NCBI GenBank assembly: GCA_001776545.1
Contig: MFBZ01000002.1
Coordinates: forward strand, 1-56,105
Reading direction: 5' to 3'
Source: Candidatus Curtissbacteria bacterium RIFCSPLOWO2_12_FULL_41_16
GTDB lineage: Bacteria > Patescibacteriota > Microgenomatia > Curtissbacterales > GWA2-41-24
Length of the DNA stretch: 56,105 bases
Shown one piece after another: positions 28,607 through 35,570 of this stretch (position 1 is its first letter; every line of letters starts with the position of its first letter). The notes below the pieces were generated by a model. The model searched no databases. It was not told the DNA's origin and saw nothing but the letters and a program-made list of their open reading frames with translations. The translations under genes and the position numbers were made by a program.

Positions 28607-29743
28607 ATGACTAAATACTTCCTGCCCAAGGTTGTGGCGTCTGCCCTAATCTCCTGTTTGGTTTTCTTGTTACCCCTCGCAGTATTTGCCCAGTCAGACA
28701 TTGATCGTTATCAGGAGATTCAAAAGAAGATAGCCGAAACTCAAGCCAAAATTGAAGAACTCCAAAAAACTGAAAGGGATCTTGCCACCCAGATCACCTA
28801 CATCAACAGCCAGATCAAATTGACCGAACTTAAAATAGAAGAAGCTCAGGCTACAATCGACCAGCTAGAGAAAGAGATTAATGTTTTGGGTTTCAGAATC
28901 GGCTACATCACCGATTCGCTATCCCGACTTGAAACTCTTCTAAAACAGCGAATCGTGGCTACTTACCAGCAGAGTTTTATCACGAATCTTGAGCTGATGC
29001 TTACCTCACACGATTTTTCCGATCTTATCCTGCGTCTTCAGTACATCAAACAAGTTCAGGAAAACGATAAAAAACTTCTTAGTAACTTACAGCAAACAAA
29101 AGCCAATTATGCCAATCAAAAAGACGAGCGTGAAGAAAAACAAACCAAAATCGAAACCGCCAAGAAGCAACTGGACACAAGCGTAGTGCTTTTGGCCAAG
29201 CAAAAGAAAGAAAAAGACGATTTCTTGACGTTAACCAAAAACGATGAAAGCAGATATCAGGAAGAATTAAGACGCCTCCAGGCAGACGCCGCTTCTATCT
29301 CGCAGGCACTCGGCAATATTGGCGCCAAAATCGGCACAGTAGGAAAAGGTGACATCATCGCTTCGGTCGGCTCCAGTGGTTGTTCAACCGGTCCCCATTT
29401 GCATTTTGAAGTTTTCACAGGTGCCAAAGTAGAAGGTGGCAAGATTATCGGCAGTCGTGTTGACCCTAAGCCTTATCTTGAGGATGCAAAATATCAAAAG
29501 CCGATCCCTAATTATCCCCAAAATGTCACCACCTGGTACGGCGAAACTTACTTTTTAGGAGTCCATACCGGCATTGATATTGCCGATCCTTTTGGCACGC
29601 CAATTCGAGCAATTGATGGGGGAGAAGCCTACTTTACCTCTGCTCCTTGTAGTTATAATATTCCTGGCGGAACTCCGCTCGGTAAAGGCATCGTCGTTGA
29701 CCACAAAAACGGCCTGGTTACCCTCTACTGGCACATTCCATAA
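28607..29743 (+). CDS. coiled-coil M23 (LytM-type) metallopeptidase, apparently circularly permuted catalytic domain
   Basis: Signal peptide MTKYFLPKVVASALISCLVFLLPLAVFA and a ~220-aa coiled coil. GSSGCSTGPHLHFEV lies upstream of HTGIDIADPFGTPI...VTLYWHI. The ORF-track start 28421 overlaps ftsX and is rejected. Confidence 0.85.
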   Translation: MTKYFLPKVVASALISCLVFLLPLAVFAQSDIDRYQEIQKKIAETQAKIEELQKTERDLATQITYINSQIKLTELKIEEAQATIDQLEKEINVLGFRIGYITDSLSRLETLLKQRIVATYQQSFITNLELMLTSHDFSDLILRLQYIKQVQENDKKLLSNLQQTKANYANQKDEREEKQTKIETAKKQLDTSVVLLAKQKKEKDDFLTLTKNDESRYQEELRRLQADAASISQALGNIGAKIGTVGKGDIIASVGSSGCSTGPHLHFEVFTGAKVEGGKIIGSRVDPKPYLEDAKYQKPIPNYPQNVTTWYGETYFLGVHTGIDIADPFGTPIRAIDGGEAYFTSAPCSYNIPGGTPLGKGIVVDHKNGLVTLYWHIP

Positions 29744-29752
29744 ATACGAGTA

Positions 29753-29816
29753 ACTACGAGGTCCGACCTGGTAATTGCCTGGTAATTGTAACAACCCCCA
29801 AAAGGGGTCGGACCCC
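29753..29816. repeat. REP-like hairpins with GGTC-S-GACC core plus a CCTGGTAATTG direct repeat
   Basis: ACTACGAGGTCCGACCTGG (29753-29771), CCTGGTAATTG x2 (29767-29788) and GGGGTCGGACCCC (29804-29816). Confidence 0.75.
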
Positions 29817-29913
29817 TAGCAATGATTTACACACCAGGTGTGTTTTACGTTTACACATCGGGATATTTTTTAATCATTGACAAAACCTAGCGAACTCTTT
29901 ATTTTTTGAGCTA

Positions 29914-30780
29914 GTGCCCAAAAAAGTTGTCTATCTTTTTGCTCTTATTTTCTTTCTACTTTTTCATCCGTCAGCCTTTGCCGCAACTGTAGTTATCAAT
30001 GAATTTTTAGCCAACCAATCATCAGGTCAAGATGAATGGGTCGAATTTTACAATCCAGACCACCTTGATTTGGCTGAATACTGGATAGATGATGATACTG
30101 ATTTCGGCAGTGATTCAGGCAACAGTTCTAAAAAACAATTAACCGCCGTCAGCTTAAATGTTGCCAATTCGACATTTCCTTACGTTACCTTGAGTTCTTT
30201 AATGTTTAACGATACTTGCAGTTCTTCTTGCGATTATGTTGTTTTATTTTCTGCGGATGGCTCAATAATTGACCAGTTTCAATATACTTCAGAAATGATT
30301 GAACAAGAAGGCAAAACAATCGGTCGTTCACCAGATGGTACAGGGGATATGGTGATTTTAGCTTCCATGACCCAAGGAGCACCCAACAGTCAAGCTGAGC
30401 CTTCGCCCTCATCAATCCCAACCCCCACACCCACGCCTGCCCCAACCCCTACCCCCACCCCTACCAAATCTCCAACTCCTACTCCTAAAACCACCCCAAC
30501 ATCAATTTTGACAAAATCGCCGTCACCCACACCCAAAAATTCTCCTGCGGTTTTAGGAGAAACCCAAGATAGCTTGCAATCTCCAACCGAAGAATCTACC
30601 CCAAGTCCATCCGCAAATCCAACCAGTACATCACCTTCCAAAACCAAAATAGCAGCAATACTTACCGGCTCTGGAGCAATCTTGATTGGGTTCTCTGTCG
30701 GATTTTACTTATGGTATAACAAGGTCCTGGCCAGGAAAGAAGAAGATCAAAATCAGCCTGATGAAAAAGAATCAAACTAG
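29914..30780 (+). CDS. lamin-tail-domain (LTD) surface protein with PT-rich linker and C-terminal TM anchor
   Basis: 288 aa, GTG start, signal peptide. LTD motif VVINEFLANQSSGQDEWVEFYNP, PTPTPTPAPTPTPTPT linker, hydrophobic C-terminus followed by a basic stretch. Confidence 0.7.
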   Translation: MPKKVVYLFALIFFLLFHPSAFAATVVINEFLANQSSGQDEWVEFYNPDHLDLAEYWIDDDTDFGSDSGNSSKKQLTAVSLNVANSTFPYVTLSSLMFNDTCSSSCDYVVLFSADGSIIDQFQYTSEMIEQEGKTIGRSPDGTGDMVILASMTQGAPNSQAEPSPSSIPTPTPTPAPTPTPTPTKSPTPTPKTTPTSILTKSPSPTPKNSPAVLGETQDSLQSPTEESTPSPSANPTSTSPSKTKIAAILTGSGAILIGFSVGFYLWYNKVLARKEEDQNQPDEKESN

Positions 30781-31141
30781 CGCCATTTTAGGTAGGTGGC
30801 CGCCTGTTTTTTTATGGGCGGCAGTTATTTTTGTTTTTTCCTCAATAGAGCAGGTTCAAGTCAGCCAGTTTTTTATTTGGGATTTTGTCGCCAAGAAAAT
30901 TGCCCATGTTACAGAATATGCGATATTTTTTGCCTTGTTATTTCGCGCGACAAACGGCAGATGGCTCTCGTCTTTTTTTCTGACAATACTCTACGCGTGC
31001 TCGGACGAATTTCATCAAAGCTTTGTCCCCGGCAGAACAGCCAGCCCCCTGGATTTGGGTTTTGATCTGTCCGGTGCTAATATAGCAAGCTATATAATAT
31101 GGAAGCTAAAACAACTTCGCCCCGGCAAACCCAAAAAATAG
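30761..31141 (+). CDS. VanZ-family membrane protein
   Basis: MKKNQTSAILG start at ATG 30761. HVTEYAIFFALLF...DEFHQSFVPGRTASPLD is typical of VanZ. Confidence 0.75.
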   Translation: MKKNQTSAILGRWPPVFLWAAVIFVFSSIEQVQVSQFFIWDFVAKKIAHVTEYAIFFALLFRATNGRWLSSFFLTILYACSDEFHQSFVPGRTASPLDLGFDLSGANIASYIIWKLKQLRPGKPKK

Positions 31142-31527
31142 CCCAAGAACTAGGAAAAACCTTAAAAAGCGGTGAGGTCATTGCCTTATACGGAGATTTA
31201 GGTGTCGGCAAAACAGTTTTCGTCCAGGGTTTAGCCCACGGCCTCGGCATTAAAAGAAGAATTCTCTCTCCGACATTTGTTTTCATGCGCTCTTACCCGC
31301 TTATCTTAAAAGGTAAACCTCTCACTTTCTATCATTTGGATCTTTACAGAGGACAAAGCATGCAGGATTTCAAGGCTCTTGGCCTTGATGAAATTTTCGA
31401 GGAAAATTCGATAGTCGTTTTGGAATGGGCCAATAAGATTAAAAACATTCTTCCCAAAAAACGAATCGATGTTTTTCTCAAGATAATCGACGAAAAAACC
31501 AGAGCAATCGAGATTAAAAAGTATTAA
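31099..31527 (+). CDS. tsaE: tRNA t6A37 biosynthesis ATPase TsaE
   Basis: 142 aa with LYGDLGVGKTVFVQG and FYHLDLYR. Confidence 0.88.
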   Translation: MEAKTTSPRQTQKIAQELGKTLKSGEVIALYGDLGVGKTVFVQGLAHGLGIKRRILSPTFVFMRSYPLILKGKPLTFYHLDLYRGQSMQDFKALGLDEIFEENSIVVLEWANKIKNILPKKRIDVFLKIIDEKTRAIEIKKY

Positions 31528-31576
31528 CACAAATTTTAGCCATGGTGTGATTTTGTGTTAAGTTTATAAATATCCT

Positions 31577-32146
31577 ATGGCAATAAGTAGCATAAAAAAA
31601 GCAGCAGCGATACTCAAAAATGGGGGAGTCGTCATTTTTCCGACCGACACCGTCTATGGCCTCGGTTGTCGTTTTGATAACCGGAATGCGCTCGATCGCA
31701 TTTATCGAATCAAGGGCACGCCCAAAACTCAGCCTTTTCCGATTCTGGTTTCCGCTGCCTCCCAAGTTGAAAAACTCGCTAACCTCAATGACGTTGCCCA
31801 AAAACTCATCGAAAAATACTGGCCGGGTGCTTTAACCATTGTCCTCCCCGGCTTGTCTACCAGTTCCAAACCGGGTTTGAATGCGGAAAAAATCGGTTTT
31901 CGTATGCCTGATTCTAGTCTTGTTCAATCACTTATCGAAAAAGTCGGTGTTCCGCTAATCGGTACTTCCGCAAACTTCCATGGCCACCCTGCTTCAAAAA
32001 CTTACCAAGATCTGGATCCGGACTTTGTTAAACTCGCAGATTTTACAATTAAAGGTAAATGCACTTTTGGTATAGAATCAACAGTTATAGATGCCACAAG
32101 TGATCCTTCCAGGATCTTGAGGAAAGGAGCCATCTCACTACGATGA
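31577..32146 (+). CDS. tsaC: L-threonylcarbamoyladenylate synthase (YrdC/TsaC type)
   Basis: 189 aa with GGVVIFPTDTVYGLGC, PILV, GTSAN. Confidence 0.88.
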   Translation: MAISSIKKAAAILKNGGVVIFPTDTVYGLGCRFDNRNALDRIYRIKGTPKTQPFPILVSAASQVEKLANLNDVAQKLIEKYWPGALTIVLPGLSTSSKPGLNAEKIGFRMPDSSLVQSLIEKVGVPLIGTSANFHGHPASKTYQDLDPDFVKLADFTIKGKCTFGIESTVIDATSDPSRILRKGAISLR

Positions 32147-32176
32147 TACGTATCATCGTAGTAAAAATAATTAAAG

Positions 32177-32503
32177 ATGATTTTAAAAATTGATACAACC
32201 AAAAGAGAAGAAGCCACGGTCGAGCTCAAAGATCCTAAAACCGGTAAAGCGGATAAACTAATCCAAAAACAAAAACTCGGCTCGCAAGTTCTTTTGCCAA
32301 TGATTGTCAAAATCTTAAAGAAAAACAAAGTGGATTTTAGCGATCTTTCGGCAATCGAAGTTAACCCCGGTCCGGGATCTTTTACCGGTACTCGCGTTGG
32401 AGTTGCCGTTGCCAACGCTCTCGGTTTTGCCTTAGACTTACCAGTAAATGGTCAAAAGGGTAAAATAGTTGTGCCCATATACGAAAAGTCAAAATTCGAT
32501 TAG
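32177..32503 (+). CDS. tsaB: TsaB-like protein, N-terminal half only
   Basis: 108 aa with the TsaB/YeaZ motif AIEVNPGPGSFTGTRVGVAVANALGFAL. It ends about where full-length TsaB continues for more than 100 further residues. Confidence 0.6.
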   Translation: MILKIDTTKREEATVELKDPKTGKADKLIQKQKLGSQVLLPMIVKILKKNKVDFSDLSAIEVNPGPGSFTGTRVGVAVANALGFALDLPVNGQKGKIVVPIYEKSKFD

Positions 32504-32514
32504 TCCACCAGTGT

Positions 32515-32549
32515 CACCTCCGAGGTGGGCTTTGACTCCTCGGAGGTGG
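32515..32549. repeat. 35-nt palindromic element (CACCTCCGAGGTG-GGCTTTGA-CTCCTCGGAGGTGG)
   Basis: 11-bp arms CACCTCCGAGG/CCTCGGAGGTG with a 12-nt loop. It lies 11 nt after the tsaB stop and is related to copies at 18866, 19030, 38177 and 53295. Confidence 0.85.
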
Positions 32550-32561
32550 AATAATTAGGCT

Positions 32562-33479
32562 ATGAGTAAAATCTTAGTCACCGGCGGAGCCGGTTTCATC
32601 GGATCATATGTCACAAAGTTACTTGCCGATTCCGGTCACAAAGTTGTCGTCTTGGATAACCTCTCTCACGGATTTGCCGAAAATATCGATCGTCGCGCAA
32701 AGTTTATTGCCGGTGACATTAAGGACAAGAACAAAACTAAAAAGGCACTGGAGGGGGTTGACGCAATTATCCACTTAGCCGGTTTAATCGTCGTCCCGGA
32801 ATCAGTCAGCGACCCGATTAAATACGCCGATAACAATGTTCTTGGCACAATCAATCTTCTCAATTGCGCCAATGAAACGGGTTGCAAAAAAATTATTTTC
32901 TCATCATCTGCCTGTGTTTATGGCACAGCGGATAAATTACCAATCACAGAAGATGCACCCGTCCGTCCGGACAATCCTTATGGGGCAACTAAAGCATCAA
33001 TTGAAGCGTTTTTACAAAGTTATCATGCGAACTTTGGTTTTGATGTCACAATTTTGCGCTACTTCAACCCTTACGGCCCCGGCAAATTGTATCCGCCGAT
33101 AACCCATGCCGTTCCCAATTTTGTAATGGCAACTTTGGCTAAAAAGCCCATCCCTCTTTATTGGCAGGGGAAGCAAATACGCGATTTTATTTATATTGAA
33201 GATTTAGCCCGTGCCCATATCGATGTTCTGAAATTGTCAGGTTTTAACGTTTTTAACATCGGCACCCAAAAGGGGATTAAGGTCAAAGATGTAGTTGACG
33301 AGATCTTTAAGATCGCAGGTTACAAAGTTCCCATAAATGATCTTGGCGCGCGCCCAGGCGACGTCCCCGCCAGCTTTGCCTCAAGCGCCAAACTGGCAAA
33401 AGCTGTCGGCTGGCGGGCCAAAGTCTCCCTCCCCGAAGGCCTCCGCCGCACCATCGACTACTACAGACAAAACCACTAA
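32562..33479 (+). CDS. NAD-dependent epimerase (UDP-glucose 4-epimerase-like)
   Basis: 305 aa with GGAGFIGS Rossmann motif and catalytic YGATK. Confidence 0.85.
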   Translation: MSKILVTGGAGFIGSYVTKLLADSGHKVVVLDNLSHGFAENIDRRAKFIAGDIKDKNKTKKALEGVDAIIHLAGLIVVPESVSDPIKYADNNVLGTINLLNCANETGCKKIIFSSSACVYGTADKLPITEDAPVRPDNPYGATKASIEAFLQSYHANFGFDVTILRYFNPYGPGKLYPPITHAVPNFVMATLAKKPIPLYWQGKQIRDFIYIEDLARAHIDVLKLSGFNVFNIGTQKGIKVKDVVDEIFKIAGYKVPINDLGARPGDVPASFASSAKLAKAVGWRAKVSLPEGLRRTIDYYRQNH

Positions 33480-33562
33480 CCAGATCCGCCTCCATAAAGG
33501 CACACCAAGTGACCCTTCTTGACCAAACCGCCTAGTCCTTCCGCTACACATTTTAAGCAACG

Positions 33563-34309
33563 AACTACGAGGTCCGACCTCGCAGTTACAGTAGTATAAT
33601 CAGATCATGCCTTCCAAACACTCAGTTAAATTATACATTGAGAACGGGATCTACCATGTTTACAACCGTGGTGTTGAAAAAAGAACTATCTTTCAAGATC
33701 ACGACTACAAAGTCTTCCTTCACTATTTGAAGCGCTATTTATCTGAGCCAAACAACGAGGTCGGACCTCGTTGGAAACTTCGGTGGAACCAAGGCCTCCA
33801 CGAGAAGTTGCATTTAATGGCATATTGCTTGATGCCGAATCATTTTCATCTGTTACTTAAACAGTTTTCAAAAGAAGCAATAACTACTCTCATGCGATGT
33901 CTTTCGAATTCGTACACCAAATATTTCAACGAAAAATATGATCGAGTAGGCCCCCTCTTCCAGGGGAAATTTAAGGCTGTTTTAGTTGAAAATGATAATT
34001 ATCTTTTGCACTTGACACGCTACATCCACCTGAATCCTATCAACCATCGAGAAAGTACTACGAGGTCCGACCTCGTAGTACTGGCAAAATTCAATTACTC
34101 AAGCTACGCCGATTACTTAGGAAAAAGGCATACTCAGTGGCTTAATGTTAAAGAGGTATTAAATTACTTCAATAACCCTACATCTCTCAATATCTATAAG
34201 AAACATTCGTATAAAGAATTCGTAGAAGATTTTGCTATTGATTCCGGTTCCGCACTTCAGGAACTAGTGATTGAATAGTAGCTACGAGAACTACGAGGTC
34301 CGACCTCGT
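33563..34309 (+). mobile_element. REP-RAYT unit: IS200-like tyrosine transposase gene flanked by and containing REP hairpins
   Basis: Hairpins at 33563-33587 (upstream), 33753-33773 and 34054-34082 (within the CDS) and 34293-34309 (downstream). All share ACGAGGTC-S-GACCTCGT, with CTAC/GTAG next to the stem. Confidence 0.8.
33607..34278 (+). CDS. REP-associated tyrosine transposase (RAYT, IS200/Y1 HUH family)
   Basis: 223 aa with YHVYNRG, HUH motif MPNHFHLLLKQ and catalytic Tyr block HLTRYIHLNP. Confidence 0.85.
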   Translation: MPSKHSVKLYIENGIYHVYNRGVEKRTIFQDHDYKVFLHYLKRYLSEPNNEVGPRWKLRWNQGLHEKLHLMAYCLMPNHFHLLLKQFSKEAITTLMRCLSNSYTKYFNEKYDRVGPLFQGKFKAVLVENDNYLLHLTRYIHLNPINHRESTTRSDLVVLAKFNYSSYADYLGKRHTQWLNVKEVLNYFNNPTSLNIYKKHSYKEFVEDFAIDSGSALQELVIE

Positions 34310-34331
34310 TGAAAACTCAAATTCTTACCGC

Positions 34332-34360
34332 TTGACAACTTATAATTATTGCTATAAAAT
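34332..34360 (+). promoter_or_regulatory. sigma70-like promoter (TTGACA-17-TAAAAT)
   Basis: Hexamers at 34332-34337 and 34355-34360, upstream of the ATG at 34423. Confidence 0.5.
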
Positions 34361-34422
34361 GCGCAAACTAGCTCAGATTACTGCCTTTCTACTGCCAACT
34401 GCCTCACTTAATTTTTATAAAA

Positions 34423-35025
34423 ATGCAATTAAGAAAACTTATCTACCTTCTATCCATTTTAGTTACGGTTATTTCATTTGTGGCTATTCTAAAAGTCACC
34501 TACGCCACAAGCGTCACTATTAAGGACAACGCTGCCGGAAGCCAGAATCAAGTCAATGTAGAATCTTCTGATCAGACTAATATTAACCAGAGCAATCAGT
34601 CAAACGTCAACAACAACGTTGACGTCAATTGCAACTCGGGACAAAACAGCGCCAGCGGCAATACCGGCGGAAACGGGTCGATCAGTACCGGGGACTGTAG
34701 CGCCAACGTGGGCATTTCCAATAATCTAAACAACAATCAAGCCAATATTAATTGTCCAAATTGCCAAACACCGACCCCGACACCAAAACCCTCATTACCA
34801 ACTCCCACTCCAATATCTCTACCAGGTCAAGGTGGTGGGCCATCAGCTGGAGGTGATGAGGGAGCAGCCAGTGGACCGTCAGGCGAAGGTCAAGCCACCC
34901 AGCAGGTACTTGCTGCAGCCGGTGTTGCCCAGAACGCGCTTCTTTCTTCCATCGGATTTGGGCTGATCATTTTTGGTCTATGGCAAGCTCAAAACGCACT
35001 CGCAAAAAGAGCGCAAAGGGTCTAA
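34423..35025 (+). CDS. secreted single-module Asn/Gly-rich protein with PT linker, LAAAG motif, TM and basic tail (candidate sortase substrate)
   Basis: 200 aa with a signal peptide. Module NVNNNVDVNCNSGQNSASGNTGGNGSISTGDCSANVGISN. C-terminus VLAAAG...LLSSIGFGLIIFGLW...KRAQR. Immediately upstream of the sortase. Confidence 0.6.
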   Translation: MQLRKLIYLLSILVTVISFVAILKVTYATSVTIKDNAAGSQNQVNVESSDQTNINQSNQSNVNNNVDVNCNSGQNSASGNTGGNGSISTGDCSANVGISNNLNNNQANINCPNCQTPTPTPKPSLPTPTPISLPGQGGGPSAGGDEGAASGPSGEGQATQQVLAAAGVAQNALLSSIGFGLIIFGLWQAQNALAKRAQRV

Positions 35026-35561
35026 AATTTCCAGCTTATACCCGTCATTTTCTCAGCCTGTTTTTGATTATACTGGGGGCTGGGATTATGCTTTTTACTG
35101 CCATCAGCAAAAGCGCAGCCCAAGTTCTACCTCAAAACGAACCCCAGCAAACTCAATTCTTGGAAAAACCAGCAAAACTCTACATCCCGAGACTTGCCAA
35201 AATTCTCTATATTTCCGACGGTCAAGTAGTTGACAACCGCTGGACTATCTCCGAAACAGGGGTCTCCTATCTTACGACATCGGCAATTCCGGGCCAGGTT
35301 GGCAACAGTGTCATTTACGGCCACAATCGCAATGAAATTCTGGGAGATCTGCCTCAAGTCGTAGATGGCGATCCCATCTATGTAATTTTAGAAAGTGGTG
35401 ACTTTGTCAAATACCAAGTTGCCGAAACCAAAGTAATCCAGCCGTCCCAAGTCGAAATTTTAAATCAATCGGCAGATTCAAGACTAACGATTTACACCTG
35501 CACCGGCTTTTTAGATACTGCCCGATTTGTGGTTGTGGCCAGGCAAGTAGGTCTGATATAA
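34980..35561 (+). CDS. sortase (class uncertain)
   Basis: 193 aa with an N-terminal TM, His motif VIYGHN, catalytic Cys motif LTIYTCTG, and Arg in RFVVVAR. Confidence 0.85.
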   Translation: MASSKRTRKKSAKGLKFPAYTRHFLSLFLIILGAGIMLFTAISKSAAQVLPQNEPQQTQFLEKPAKLYIPRLAKILYISDGQVVDNRWTISETGVSYLTTSAIPGQVGNSVIYGHNRNEILGDLPQVVDGDPIYVILESGDFVKYQVAETKVIQPSQVEILNQSADSRLTIYTCTGFLDTARFVVVARQVGLI

Positions 35562-35570
35562 TGACTTTTA

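Noticed and set aside
30390-30647. Repetitive DNA in the PT-rich linkers (also 36780-36840 and 34770-34810) as tandem repeats or mobile DNA.
   Set aside because: These are in-frame Pro/Thr/Ser linker-coding low-complexity tracts within secreted proteins. There is no fixed unit, and the antisense ORF 30390-30647 is an artefact.
34332-34523. A 63-aa ORF overlapping the promoter and 5' end of the 34423 gene.
   Set aside because: It starts inside the predicted -35 hexamer, is Tyr/Lys/Cys-rich low-complexity sequence, and overlaps a better-supported signal-peptide-bearing ORF in another frame.
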